In this document: positions 19,478-29,158 of the stretch, in pieces
Numbering within the stretch: the stretch's first letter is position 1
Layout of the letters: each line of letters opens with the position of its first letter
Assembly: GCA_038230375.1 (NCBI GenBank)
Contig: JBBRNJ010000013.1
Span: 32,001 to 96,000 of the forward strand
Source: Polyangiales bacterium
GTDB taxonomy: Bacteria; Myxococcota_A; Polyangia; Polyangiales; Polyangiaceae
DNA length: 64,000 bases
Reading direction: 5' to 3'
Translations under genes and position numbers: made by a program
The notes under the pieces: generated by a model
What the model saw: only the letters and a program-made list of their open reading frames with translations
What the model was told of the DNA's origin: nothing
Database searches by the model: none

Positions 19478-20632
19478 GTGACGTCGGAGAAAGTCTTGAA
19501 GACCATTCACCGTTCGTTTCTCGCGACGCTCGTGCTCCTCGGGGGATGCGCCCACAACGTCTCCGATCACCCTCGCGATCCGTCGGGGCGCGCTGGAATG
19601 CCGATCGCCCCCAACGCCGAGCCCGCGGAGCCGATCGTGCCCCACGACGACCGCCCTGCCTTCAACACGGAGTACTTCCTTGGCACGGCCGAGCAAGAGG
19701 CCGCGCAGTTCGCGGACTTCGCAAAGCAGATCCAGGAGCTCCAGCAGAAGGCCGCGACCGACCACGGCCAGCCCGTGCAGCGCGGGTTCCATGCGAAGTC
19801 GCACGCATGCCTGAACGGTGAGCTCCGGCTGGAGCCACACCGTGATCCCCGCACGCGCTTCGGCCTCTTCGCGGACGACCAGCGGGACAAACGCATCGTC
19901 GCGCGATTCTCGAACGGCGTCGGCTGGCGGCAAGGCGATGGCGAGCTCGACGCGCGCGGTCTTGCGTTCAAGGTCTTCGGTGTCCCCGGTCCGAAGTACA
20001 TGCCCGACGAGCAAGACACCCAGGACTTCCTCATGACCAACTCGCCCACGCCGGTGGGGCGGGACGCGGTCGAGTTCATGGAGTTCGCGCGCTCGATCAC
20101 GAATGGGCAGATCTCGGGGCTCTTCTTCCTTGCGGGGCACGCGCCCACGTCGGCGAAGGCGCTCGCGCGAACGACCGCCGTGAGCAGCATGGTCACCGAG
20201 CGATTCTGGAGCGGCGGCACGTACCACCTGGGCGCGCACCAGGCCGTGAAGTACAGCACGCGCCCGTGCGATCTGCGTCTCGTGCGCGAGCCATCACGCG
20301 CGAGCGACGACTATCTCCGCGAGGACCTGATCGACGCCGCCGCGAAGGACGGTGTCTGCATGACGCTTTACGTGCAGCTTCAGACCGATCCCGACAAGAC
20401 GCCGATCGAGAACTCGTCGGTCGTGTGGGAAGAGAAGGACTCGCCGATCTTGCCGGTCGCGCACCTCATGATGCCGCCGCAGGAGGTCCTGCCCACCGCC
20501 ACCGCCGCGTGCGACGCGCTCGCGTTCACACCCTGGCACTCAATGCCGGCCCACAAGCCCATGGGCCACATCAACCGCGCACGCCGCTACGTGTACCAGG
20601 CGAGCCAATCACTCCGCCACGCCGGTCACTGA
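19478..20632 (+). CDS. Catalase-related small heme enzyme, lipoprotein
   Basis: RGFHAKSHAC (distal His), ARFSNG, DARGLAFK, QDFLMTN and GHINRARRYVY (proximal Tyr). Lipobox LLGGC. Confidence 0.85.
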   Translation: MTSEKVLKTIHRSFLATLVLLGGCAHNVSDHPRDPSGRAGMPIAPNAEPAEPIVPHDDRPAFNTEYFLGTAEQEAAQFADFAKQIQELQQKAATDHGQPVQRGFHAKSHACLNGELRLEPHRDPRTRFGLFADDQRDKRIVARFSNGVGWRQGDGELDARGLAFKVFGVPGPKYMPDEQDTQDFLMTNSPTPVGRDAVEFMEFARSITNGQISGLFFLAGHAPTSAKALARTTAVSSMVTERFWSGGTYHLGAHQAVKYSTRPCDLRLVREPSRASDDYLREDLIDAAAKDGVCMTLYVQLQTDPDKTPIENSSVVWEEKDSPILPVAHLMMPPQEVLPTATAACDALAFTPWHSMPAHKPMGHINRARRYVYQASQSLRHAGH

Positions 20633-21192
20633 GCCGCGGGCGGGAACCCCACAGCTGATTTCGTGCAGGTGGTTGCTTTGCCGCATGGCTCTTGCTGACA
20701 CGTCGTCATGTCCTTGAGGGCGGCTTCGTTCATCATGCCCCACGTTCGCAGACAGCCCGGGATATCGACCGCGGCGCCGCTGCAGGTATGTTCCTTCTCC
20801 TGCGCCACCTGGCAGAAGTGCTTCGCCGCGTCACTGGGCTCTGGCCGCGTGTCGCCGAAGCATTTCTTCTCGGTGTCATCGCCCTTGGCCATCACGTCGC
20901 AGCCGGCGGCGTCCAGGCATGCGAGCGTTGCCTTCGCGTAGTCCTCACGCCAGTAGGTGCGCGCAGGGCTCCCGCGCTCGCGGCAGTTCTTCTGGCAGGT
21001 GGTGCCATCCCACTTGGGGTCGCATTGCACCTGCTTCTGACAGAGCGTGTTGCAGAGGCGCCCGACGAGCGTGTCCGTCTGCGCGCCCTCTGCTTGCGCC
21101 GGTGTCTTTGGCTGCGGGTCGGGGCCTCCGCACGCGACGAGCGCAAACGCGGCCAGCACGCATGAGGAACAAGCGCGTCGCAAGGTGCTCAT
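20626..21192 (-). CDS. Cys-rich lipoprotein
   Basis: C-terminal part of ORF 20626..22695 from MSTLRRAC. Lipobox ALVAC. Two internally repeated Cys-patterned helical units. Confidence 0.72.
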   Translation of the reverse strand: MSTLRRACSSCVLAAFALVACGGPDPQPKTPAQAEGAQTDTLVGRLCNTLCQKQVQCDPKWDGTTCQKNCRERGSPARTYWREDYAKATLACLDAAGCDVMAKGDDTEKKCFGDTRPEPSDAAKHFCQVAQEKEHTCSGAAVDIPGCLRTWGMMNEAALKDMTTCQQEPCGKATTCTKSAVGFPPAAQ

Positions 21193-21261
21193 TCGCGGAG
21201 TTCTATCACCGGCCTCGCGTCGGCGGGCAAGCTCTCGCCGCTGGCCTGCTACAATCGACCC

Positions 21262-22077
21262 ATGAGAGGGCGTTTGGCTGCCGTGCTTCTCACCGCTGCT
21301 ATCGCCCCGGCGTGTGGGCGCCATGCGGCGTCGGCCGCGGTGGAGACGGAAGCACGCCCTGCTACCACCAGCGTTGCTCCGGACGCGGGCGTGGCGTCCA
21401 GCGTGTCCGACACGGACCTGCGCCCGAAGGACACGGCCCCCACGGAGGAGCTCGACGTTCCATCGCCCCCGATCGGCGCGCTGGTTCCATACGCGGCCGC
21501 ATCGGCATGGCGAGGGACAGGTGTGCCGCCGAAGGAGTACTCGCTGTTCGACGTACCCGAGCGATCGCCCGTGCTGGGCTACGCCGCTCTCGACCGCGAC
21601 GCGTGTGAAGAGGCGCTGAGGAAGCGAGGCGTACCGTTCACGCGCGGCGAGAACATAGAGGGGGTACGCGCGCCGGTACGCCTGGGTGGGGCGCTCCACG
21701 GCGTCTCGATCCACTCGTATCTCCCGCCGGCGATGCGTGGGGCCGCGCGCGCCGATCTCATCGATTGCCGCCTCGCGCTCTCGCTGGACGACTTCGCGCT
21801 CTCGTTGGAGCAGCGCGGCATCGTCGAGGTCGTCCACGTCTCGGCGTACCGCTCGCGGAAGGAAGGTGGCTGCACCGCCAAATACGCCGGCGAGCAGCAC
21901 TGCGCAGCGCTCGCGGTCGACGTGACGAGCTTCACCAGGAAGGACGGAACGAAGCTCGTCGTGGACCGCGACTTCCACGGCAAGATCGGCGCGCTCACCT
22001 GCGTCGATACGCGGAACGCCGCGCACGTCGCGGATGCGCGCGCACGTTTCTTGGCCCTGCCGCGCCGACCCAGATAG
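21262..22077 (+). CDS. Extensin-like C-terminal domain lipoprotein, apparently C-truncated
   Basis: Lipobox IAPAC, VRAPVRL, IDCRLAL, SAYR and QHCAALAVDV. No terminal H-x-H motif. TACAAT lies 6 nt upstream. Confidence 0.7.
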   Translation: MRGRLAAVLLTAAIAPACGRHAASAAVETEARPATTSVAPDAGVASSVSDTDLRPKDTAPTEELDVPSPPIGALVPYAAASAWRGTGVPPKEYSLFDVPERSPVLGYAALDRDACEEALRKRGVPFTRGENIEGVRAPVRLGGALHGVSIHSYLPPAMRGAARADLIDCRLALSLDDFALSLEQRGIVEVVHVSAYRSRKEGGCTAKYAGEQHCAALAVDVTSFTRKDGTKLVVDRDFHGKIGALTCVDTRNAAHVADARARFLALPRRPR

Positions 22078-22086
22078 GCCGGGCTG

Positions 22087-22626
22087 ATGAGCACAATGAC
22101 CAGTCTCCAGGTTGCAGTAAGCCTCCTCGCAGCGCTTTCTCTCGCCGGCACGGCGGGCTGTGCGCACAAACCTGCCGCGCCCGCCGCCACGACGACGGCT
22201 GCGCAGGTCACGCGCGCCGACCGCGAGGTGAGCCTCTCCGACGACCTTCGCAAGGCGTGCAAGATCGAGGAGGACGCGAACGCTCCGAAGTTCGACTACG
22301 ACTCGAAGGGGCTCTCGACGGCGGATCGCGACGTCCTCGTGCAGGTCGCGCGTTGCCTGACGACCGGCCCGCTCAAGGGCCGCGAGGTGCAGATGATCGG
22401 CCGCGCCGACCCGCGTGGCGAGGTCGAGTACAACATGACGCTCGGGGAATCGCGCGCCGCTTCGGTGCAGGTCTACCTGGCGGGCCTTGGCGTCGCCAAG
22501 GAGAAGATGGGCGTCACGTCGCGCGGCGAGCTCGACGCGACGGGCACGGACGAAGAAGGCTGGCGCCTCGATCGCCGCGTCGACCTCCGCCTCGTCGCGC
22601 GCGATACCAGCGTCGCGCTGCAGTAG
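22087..22626 (+). CDS. OmpA/Pal-family peptidoglycan-binding lipoprotein
   Basis: Lipobox TAGC, FDYDS, GRADPRGEVEYNMTLGESRA, SRGE and DRRVD. Confidence 0.88.
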   Translation: MSTMTSLQVAVSLLAALSLAGTAGCAHKPAAPAATTTAAQVTRADREVSLSDDLRKACKIEEDANAPKFDYDSKGLSTADRDVLVQVARCLTTGPLKGREVQMIGRADPRGEVEYNMTLGESRAASVQVYLAGLGVAKEKMGVTSRGELDATGTDEEGWRLDRRVDLRLVARDTSVALQ

Positions 22627-22675
22627 CTGGCGACGAAGGGCCACCGCTCGTCCGGCGCGATGGGTGGTCGTGGCA

Positions 22676-22793
22676 TCACGCGGTCGCCTCGTCATGAATG
22701 ATGGCCCAGCCGAACTCCGGAGCGAGTGCGTTGGTCGCTTCGTCCTGGGTCACGCCGAACATCCCCGCGACTCAGGTGAATCGTGATCGACAT
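22676..22793 (-). pseudogene. Probable gene remnant with a large internal deletion (possibly DUF4419-like)
   Basis: TAGCCT-6nt-ATG (22793) gives MSITIHL. A different frame then reads VAGMFGVTQDEATNALAPEFGWAIIHDEATA-stop with GC3-rich codons. Confidence 0.4.
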
Positions 22794-22840
22794 GGGAACA
22801 GGCTATCACCACGTGTGCAGGCGCGCGTAGGATGGGCGGG

Positions 22841-24175
22841 ATGCAAAGCGCGCCGACCGTGCAGGGGCTTCCGTTTCTGCGCAACGCGGTTCCTTACCTG
22901 CGCGCACCGCTGCGATTTCTGTGTCACGTGCGCGAAGCGTACGGCGACGTGGCGCGCATCGGGCTCGGTCCCATCGAGATGACGCTCGTCAGCCATCCAG
23001 ATCTTGTGGAGGACGTGCTGCTGACGCGCAGCAAGCTGTTCACGAAGGACCGCTTCCTGCGCGAGCAGCTGCGTCCGGTCCTGGGCCAGGGACTGCTCTC
23101 GAGCGACGGCGATTTCTGGCGCAGGCAGCGCCGCCTTGCGCAGCCCGCGTTTCATCGCGACAGGATCGCCGCGTATGGAGACATCATGGTGGACCATGCG
23201 TCGCGGCTCTCGCGGCAGTGGCGCCACGGAGAGGTGCGCGACGTCCACAAGGACATGATGCGCCTCACGCTGGAGATCGTCGCGCAGACGCTCTTCGGTG
23301 CGAACGTCGGCGATCATGCGGAGGACGTGGGCAGCGCGCTGGAGGTCGTGCTCGCGGTCGTGGCCGATCCGCTGGAGATCTTCTTCCCCGTCCTCCAGCG
23401 CCTGCCGACGCGAAACAGGCGTGCGTTCGATCAGGCCGTGAAGAAGCTCGATTCGATCGTCTACGGCGTCATCGAGGAGCGGCGAAAGAGCGGCGCCGAG
23501 GAGACGAACGATCTGCTCTCCATGCTGCTGCACGCGCGCGACGAAGACGGCTCGAGTATGTCCGACGAGCAGCTCCGCGACGAATGCATGACGCTCTTCC
23601 TGGCCGGCCATGAGACGACCGCGCTCAACCTCTCGTGGGCGTGGGTCCTCTTGTCGCAGCATCCCGACGTCGACGCCGCGCTCGGAAAGGAGCTCCGCGA
23701 GGTGCTCGGCGACCGCCCCGCAACCTTCGCTGATGTGCCCAAGCTTCGGCTCACCGGTCACATCATCATGGAGGCCCTGCGCCTCTATCCGCCGGCATGG
23801 TCGATCGGGCGCGAGGCACGTGAGGACCTGGAGATCGGCGGATTCCTCGTGAAGCGCGGCGAGCACGTGGGGTGCAGCCCGTGGTCGATCCAGCGGGACC
23901 CCAGATGGTTCGACCGCCCCGACGAATTTCTTCCGGAGCGCTGGGATGGCGATCTCGCGAAGACGCTGCACCGTTACGCGTACTTCCCGTTCGGCGGCGG
24001 CCCGCGCTTCTGCATCGGGCAGGCGTTCGCGCAGATGGAGGCGGTCCTCCTCCTTGCGACGCTCGCGCGCGACTTCCGCGCCGACGTCCTGCCGCGCCCG
24101 CGCATCGTGGCTTCGCCCTCGGTGACGTTGCGCCCGAAGCCCGGCGTCCGCGCGCGCCTCTCGTCCAGATCCTGA
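22841..24175 (+). CDS. Cytochrome P450
   Basis: AGHETT, EALRLYPP (ExxR), FLPERW and FPFGGGPRFCIG heme-Cys motif. TAGGAT lies 7 nt upstream. Confidence 0.95.
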   Translation: MQSAPTVQGLPFLRNAVPYLRAPLRFLCHVREAYGDVARIGLGPIEMTLVSHPDLVEDVLLTRSKLFTKDRFLREQLRPVLGQGLLSSDGDFWRRQRRLAQPAFHRDRIAAYGDIMVDHASRLSRQWRHGEVRDVHKDMMRLTLEIVAQTLFGANVGDHAEDVGSALEVVLAVVADPLEIFFPVLQRLPTRNRRAFDQAVKKLDSIVYGVIEERRKSGAEETNDLLSMLLHARDEDGSSMSDEQLRDECMTLFLAGHETTALNLSWAWVLLSQHPDVDAALGKELREVLGDRPATFADVPKLRLTGHIIMEALRLYPPAWSIGREAREDLEIGGFLVKRGEHVGCSPWSIQRDPRWFDRPDEFLPERWDGDLAKTLHRYAYFPFGGGPRFCIGQAFAQMEAVLLLATLARDFRADVLPRPRIVASPSVTLRPKPGVRARLSSRS

Positions 24176-24181
24176 GCGCTC

Positions 24182-24718
24182 TCAGGTAGGCGCGGTGGGC
24201 TCGGCCGACGTTGCCTTGGTCTCGACGTACTTCCGCTGGCTGTAGCGCAGGATCCAGATCGCGAGGGTCATCGCGACGACCGTCATGGCCAGAAGCCCCA
24301 GCTCCACGAGCGTGTTGTGGAACTTCCCTGGATCGTTCTCCGACTCCGTCGAGGTCGCCGTGATCACCAGCATCCGTCGAATGCCGGCGATCGAGCCGAT
24401 GATCAGGAATGGCTCGGCGTTGAGCGTGTGGGACTTGAGAGAAATGGCCACCGTGTAGACGATCTCCATCGTCATCATGACGAGCAGGATCGTGTTCAGG
24501 ATGCCGATCGCGTCGTGCTCGATCTCGCGCGGCCCATGGGTCGTCGCGATCCAGAGATCGTGCATGCTCGAATACAGAAGCAGCAGCGCCACCAGGACCA
24601 GCGCCACACCAATGAACGCCAGGACGATGCTCTCGGATGTTCCGAGGTACGTGGACGCCTTTGCTGTCCATCCCTTCGCCTCGTGCTCGTCGTGCCCGCC
24701 CGCCTTCGACTCGCTCAT
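24182..24718 (-). CDS. PsiE-family (phosphate-starvation-inducible) membrane protein
   Basis: Four TM helices. LLVMMTMEIVYTV...EPFLIIGSIAGIRRML. Confidence 0.8.
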   Translation of the reverse strand: MSESKAGGHDEHEAKGWTAKASTYLGTSESIVLAFIGVALVLVALLLLYSSMHDLWIATTHGPREIEHDAIGILNTILLVMMTMEIVYTVAISLKSHTLNAEPFLIIGSIAGIRRMLVITATSTESENDPGKFHNTLVELGLLAMTVVAMTLAIWILRYSQRKYVETKATSAEPTAPT

Positions 24719-24798
24719 GGGCGCATTGTCCCGCGGCGCTCGGGAACATGGCAAATTCGGTGTGGCTCGTCGCGTTCAACCCATGCAAGCCCGCCGCA

Positions 24799-25416
24799 TC
24801 AGGGCAAGCATAGGCCGTTGTTTGCGTCGCTGCACTTGTGCTGACCGAAGTTGCACACGGTGGCCTCGTTGGCTGCGGTGCATTTCTCCGAGCATGCTCC
24901 ACCGTTCGCGTTGCCGTTCGCGAAGCAGATGTCGCTCGCGCACTCCTGATCGCCCTTGCATGCCTGGCCGTCGGGCAGGTTGCAGACCGCGCCGGTGCAG
25001 CCAACAAGGCAGATGCCTGCGCTGCCGCACTTGTGCGCGCCAAAGTTGCAGACCGTCGCTTCGCTCTGGGCCGTGCATGCCTCCGAGCAGTGGCCTGTCG
25101 CGGCGCCGTCGCCATAGCAAAGGCCGCTCGAGCAATCCCCGTTGTCCGCGCATGCCGTCCCGTCCGGCAGGTCGCAGATGAGGCCCGAGTCGGACACGCA
25201 GATCGCGATGGCCGCGTCGCCTCCATCAGCCGCGTTGCTCTGCGGCGGTGGCGGTGCCGGCGTGTTTGGCCAGTTGGTGCCCGGTGGCTCGGGTGTAGTG
25301 GTTCCGCTCGGGTCGGGGGTGGGACCACCAGAGACGCCGCTGCCCTGGCTCACCTGTCCGAAGCAGCCGACGACGCCGACTGCACACCCCACGGCCGCGA
25401 TGATCCACGTCTTCAT
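24799..25416 (-). CDS. Cys-rich tandem-repeat lipoprotein
   Basis: Lipobox VVGC, Pro-rich linker, and two copies of CxLPDGxAC...C.S..C...CSExCTAxxEATVCNFGxHKC. Confidence 0.75.
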   Translation of the reverse strand: MKTWIIAAVGCAVGVVGCFGQVSQGSGVSGGPTPDPSGTTTPEPPGTNWPNTPAPPPPQSNAADGGDAAIAICVSDSGLICDLPDGTACADNGDCSSGLCYGDGAATGHCSEACTAQSEATVCNFGAHKCGSAGICLVGCTGAVCNLPDGQACKGDQECASDICFANGNANGGACSEKCTAANEATVCNFGQHKCSDANNGLCLP

Positions 25417-25572
25417 ACTGCGTGGTGAGTGCAACGGCAGTGCCGTACGGCCGAGACCGGCAGGGTCTCCCAACTGCCGGATATTCCGCCCGCTTGCGTA
25501 TGCCATTCCGTGCCACGGCCGTCGCGGACGCCAGAGGATCGGCGCATGCGAGAGGCCGCGGGTCCGCTGTCT

Positions 25573-26847
25573 CTACGGAGCGACACGCGAGATCTTCACG
25601 GACTTGATGACGACCGGCGTGTCCGGCTTGTCGGCCGCTCCGGTCTTCACGCCGGCGATGTCGTGGATGATCTGCGCGGGCGAGCACTCACCGAAGATGG
25701 TGTAGTTGCCATCCAGGCTCGCCTTTGCTTCCTCCGTGATGAAGAACTGCGCGCCGTTCGTGTTCGGACCGCGGTTCGCCATGCAGAGCTGGCCGGTGTG
25801 GTCGTGCTTTGCGCCTTCCCAGATCTCGTCCTTGATCACGTAGCCCGGTTCACCGGCTCCGCTGCCCAGCTGATCGCCGCCCTGGATCATGAAGCCCTTG
25901 ATGATGCGATGGAACGTGGTGCCGTCGTACCCGGGCTTGTTCACCCACTTACCGCTCGGGTCCTTCCACGTGCGCTCGCCCGTCGCGAGACCAATGAAGT
26001 TCGCGACCGTCACGGGCGCCTTGTCGTCAAGGAGGCGGCACTGGACCGCGCCCATGGACGTCTCGATCTTCGCGGTGAGCGCGCCGGTGCCCTTCACGTT
26101 CTTCGTGGCGTCCGCGAGCGTGAAGGTCCCCTTCAGCGGATCATCGGGGCTGATGGGGATGGGCCTCTCGGGGCGCGCGTTCTTCTTCACGTCGAGCAGC
26201 TCGACCTCGAAGAGCAACGTGGCATTGGGCGGAATGACCGGCGCGGAGCCGCGCGCGCCGTAGCCAAGGCTTGCCGGCACGGTGAGCTTTCGCTTTCCGC
26301 CGACCTTCATTCCGGCGACGCCCTGGTCCCACCCCTTGATGACCTCCCCCTTACCGAGCTGGAAGTCGAACGGCTGGTTGTTCTTTCGCGAGCTGTCGAA
26401 CTCCGTGCCGTCGGTGAGCGTACCCACGTAGTGCACCTTCACCGCGTCGCCCCTGGTCGCGACTGCGCCGGTGCCCACGACCAGGTCCACGACGCCAAGG
26501 CTGCCGTCGGCTGGGGCGGCGCTGCTGCTCCCGGCCGGCCCCATGCCCATGGACCCAGGGTCCGGCGCCTTCTCGCGAAGCACCAGCCATCCGAAGAACA
26601 CCACCGCGATACCGATGATCGCGTAGACGACCCACGGTCGCTCCTCGTCCTGCCTGCTCGGTGCCGCCCTGGCGACCTCAGGCGCGGCGGGCTTCTTCTT
26701 CGCGGGCGCCGGGTCCTTTGCGTCTTTCGCAGGTGCCGGGTCCTTCGCGTCTTTCGCAGGTGCCGCATCCTTCGCGTCTTTCGCGGGCGCCGCATCCTTC
26801 GCGTCCGAAGTGTCTTCCGTGTCTTGCTCTTTGCCGTTCTTGCTCAT
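25573..26847 (-). CDS. Membrane-anchored dual FKBP + cyclophilin peptidyl-prolyl isomerase
   Basis: FKBP domain: [41 protein letters not shown]. Cyclophilin domain: [43 protein letters not shown]. One TM near the N-terminus. Confidence 0.93.
   Translation of the reverse strand: MSKNGKEQDTEDTSDAKDAAPAKDAKDAAPAKDAKDPAPAKDAKDPAPAKKKPAAPEVARAAPSRQDEERPWVVYAIIGIAVVFFGWLVLREKAPDPGSMGMGPAGSSSAAPADGSLGVVDLVVGTGAVATRGDAVKVHYVGTLTDGTEFDSSRKNNQPFDFQLGKGEVIKGWDQGVAGMKVGGKRKLTVPASLGYGARGSAPVIPPNATLLFEVELLDVKKNARPERPIPISPDDPLKGTFTLADATKNVKGTGALTAKIETSMGAVQCRLLDDKAPVTVANFIGLATGERTWKDPSGKWVNKPGYDGTTFHRIIKGFMIQGGDQLGSGAGEPGYVIKDEIWEGAKHDHTGQLCMANRGPNTNGAQFFITEEAKASLDGNYTIFGECSPAQIIHDIAGVKTGAADKPDTPVVIKSVKISRVAP
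26700..26806 (-). repeat. Coding 27-bp tandem repeat, about 4 copies (DAKD[A/P]APAK)
   Basis: Near-identical 27-nt units in the 5' part of the PPIase gene. Confidence 0.85.
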
Positions 26848-26906
26848 GTCCGGAAGAGAATCGACGGCGCCGTCCCTCAGGTCAACAGGAAGTATTGGCG
26901 GACACC

Positions 26907-28217
26907 TCAGGGGTGGGCGCGGCTGCCGTCGCCGGAGGGCGTGGTGTGGGTGCTCCTGGCGAACGCCTCTGCGTCACCGAACGCGCGCAGGAAGTTCTCG
27001 CCGAGGATCTTGAGGATGTCGTCGTCGCTGTAGCCGCGGCGCACGAGCTCGAGTGTGATCTTCGGGAGGCCTTCTATTCCCCCTAGATCGTCGGGGAGCG
27101 CGGGGACGCCGTCAAAGTCGGAGCCCAGTCCCACGTGGTCGACGCCCGCGATCTTCACGATGTGATCGATGTGATCGACGATCGCGGCGAGCGGCACCTT
27201 TGGCTTCTGCCCTGCCTTTGCCTGCGCGTACTCGTTCGAGAGGAACGGGGGCCAGAAGTTCACCATGACGACTCCGCCGTTCTTCGCGAGGGCCCGGAGC
27301 ATGTCGTCACTCAGGTTGCGTCGCTGATCCGCGAGCGCACGCGCGGAGGAGTGCGACGCGATGATCGGCGCCTTCGCGAGCCTGATCGTGGCCCAGAAGG
27401 TCTCGTCGGATACGTGAGAGACATCCACGAGCATGCCGATGCGCTGCATCTCGCGCACGACCTCCTCGCCGAATGGCGTGAGCCCGTGGTGGCGAACGGG
27501 CGGCGCGCCGCCGGTGCCGGAGCTGTCCGCCCACTCGTTCGTGTTCGTGTGCGTGAGCGTCATGTAGCGACAGCCAAGGCGGTGGAGCATGCGCAGAGCG
27601 CCGAGCGAATTCTCGATGGCGTGGCCGCCCTCGACGCCCATCAGCACGGCGATCTTGCCGTCCTTCTTGGCGGCGCGGATCGCGTCCACGCTGGTCGCGA
27701 GCACGAGATCGGCAGGATACTTCTCCACCTCGCGGTACGTGAGGTCCACCAGATCGAGCGCACGACGAAGCGCACCGCCGCCCAGCACCGTGGGATGGTC
27801 CGCGAGCGCGGAGTCCACGTAGATGGAGAAGAACTCGGCGCCGATGCCGCTTGCCTTCATGCGCGCAAGATCCGTGTGCGTCGCGCGCCCGGGCTGCACA
27901 AGGTCCGCGCGCGCCTTCAACATCACGCTCGGGATGTCGTTGTGACCATCCACGATGATCGCCTTCGCGTGCAGACGCGCCGCGCGCTCCTCCACGGTCT
28001 CGCTCTTCGCAGGCGCGACCGGAGCGATGGATGGAGACGATGCGCTCGTCACGGGAGCCACCAAAGGTTGCTGCCATGCGGACGCGACGGGCTCCGCGGG
28101 TGGCAAAGCCGCAGGCGTGCTGCGCGAGAGCGGCGCGCGCGGTTCGGTATCGTTCGCACCACACGCGCTCGCTGCGAGCAGACCAAGCACGAGCACCTCG
28201 AGTCCGAGCGTTCTCAT
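26907..28217 (-). CDS. Membrane dipeptidase (peptidase M19), lipoprotein
   Basis: VDGHND, GVEGGH, TLTH, VDVSHVS, ASHS and VGLGSDFDG. Lipobox ASAC. TAGTCT lies 7 nt upstream. Confidence 0.92.
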   Translation of the reverse strand: MRTLGLEVLVLGLLAASACGANDTEPRAPLSRSTPAALPPAEPVASAWQQPLVAPVTSASSPSIAPVAPAKSETVEERAARLHAKAIIVDGHNDIPSVMLKARADLVQPGRATHTDLARMKASGIGAEFFSIYVDSALADHPTVLGGGALRRALDLVDLTYREVEKYPADLVLATSVDAIRAAKKDGKIAVLMGVEGGHAIENSLGALRMLHRLGCRYMTLTHTNTNEWADSSGTGGAPPVRHHGLTPFGEEVVREMQRIGMLVDVSHVSDETFWATIRLAKAPIIASHSSARALADQRRNLSDDMLRALAKNGGVVMVNFWPPFLSNEYAQAKAGQKPKVPLAAIVDHIDHIVKIAGVDHVGLGSDFDGVPALPDDLGGIEGLPKITLELVRRGYSDDDILKILGENFLRAFGDAEAFARSTHTTPSGDGSRAHP

Positions 28218-28290
28218 ATCGGGCAGACTAGTGCGTTTGGCGCGCGCTCGCAGGTAGCCATTCGGCAGAGCGTGATACGGTCTTCGTCTC

Positions 28291-29151
28291 ATGAGAGCAT
28301 CCCAGATCGCTGCTTCACTGTTGTTGTTGCCATTGCTCGCGCTCGTGACGGGGTGTCCGAAGAAGGGCTCCGGCGATGCAGATGCAGCGGCCGAGGCTGG
28401 CGCGGTCGCCGTGGTTGACGCTGGGCCCGAGACCACCAACGCGGCGCAGATCACCCACTACCCCGATGAGGCAATGGTCGACCGCATCTCCGCGACCGTG
28501 AAGGTCACGACGACCAGCGCGCTCACGGCGGTGCCCAAGGGCACCGTCATTGCAGCGTTGAAGAAGGGTGACACCGTCACGCAGGTGAGCGAGCACAATG
28601 GCTACTTCCTCGTCGTCTTCTCCGATCCCAAGGACGCCACGAAGAAGCTCCAGGGCTGGGTCGTGAAGTTCGCGTTCGATGAGCCTGTCGCCGTTCCGAA
28701 GAAGAAGCCCAAGGTGCCGGACTGCGGGTCCATGTCGAACGTCTTCCTTGTCACCAAGGCGCTGAGCCCGTTCGTCCCGCACTGCGCGCCGGCGTGCACG
28801 GAGGACTCCGACTGCGCGAGCAAGTCATGCATCTCCGTCGTGCGGCTCCAACCTGATGGCTCCACCGTCGAGGGCCAGATGGGCTTCGCCCAGGTCTGTG
28901 ATGAGCCCGCGCCAGGCGCCGCCGCCGTTGACGCAGGCGCGAAGCCCGCCGCCGTGACCACGTGCCCGAAGGGCAAGACGCTCATGTCGCTGGATTCTGG
29001 GAAGACCAGCTTCTGCACCGATGCAAAGATGTGCAGCAGCGACAAGGACTGCACCGCGGGCCAGAAGTGCACCGAGGGCAAGGTGATGGACGCCAAGCAG
29101 CCGAACGGGCAACCCATGCCGGTCAGCATGGAGTTTTGCTACAAGCAGTGA
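28291..29151 (+). CDS. Lipoprotein with an SH3-like domain and Cys-rich C-terminal modules
   Basis: Lipobox VTGC. VIAALKKGDTVTQVSEHNGYFLV...GWV (bacterial SH3 pattern). CTEDSDC / CSSDKDC modules. Confidence 0.72.
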   Translation: MRASQIAASLLLLPLLALVTGCPKKGSGDADAAAEAGAVAVVDAGPETTNAAQITHYPDEAMVDRISATVKVTTTSALTAVPKGTVIAALKKGDTVTQVSEHNGYFLVVFSDPKDATKKLQGWVVKFAFDEPVAVPKKKPKVPDCGSMSNVFLVTKALSPFVPHCAPACTEDSDCASKSCISVVRLQPDGSTVEGQMGFAQVCDEPAPGAAAVDAGAKPAAVTTCPKGKTLMSLDSGKTSFCTDAKMCSSDKDCTAGQKCTEGKVMDAKQPNGQPMPVSMEFCYKQ

Positions 29152-29158
29152 CCGAGCG

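Noticed and set aside
20626..22695. 689-aa minus-strand ORF as one large protein
   Set aside because: Only the last 188 aa (a lipoprotein) look real. The rest is antisense to the extensin-like and Pal-like genes.
19478..24175. Catalase-like enzyme plus P450 as a biosynthetic cluster
   Set aside because: They are separated by unrelated genes with their own promoter signals, and no lipoxygenase, synthase or ferredoxin is nearby.
26700..26806. 27-bp repeats as a CRISPR array
   Set aside because: They are contiguous, have no spacers, lie in frame within a CDS, and no cas genes are present.
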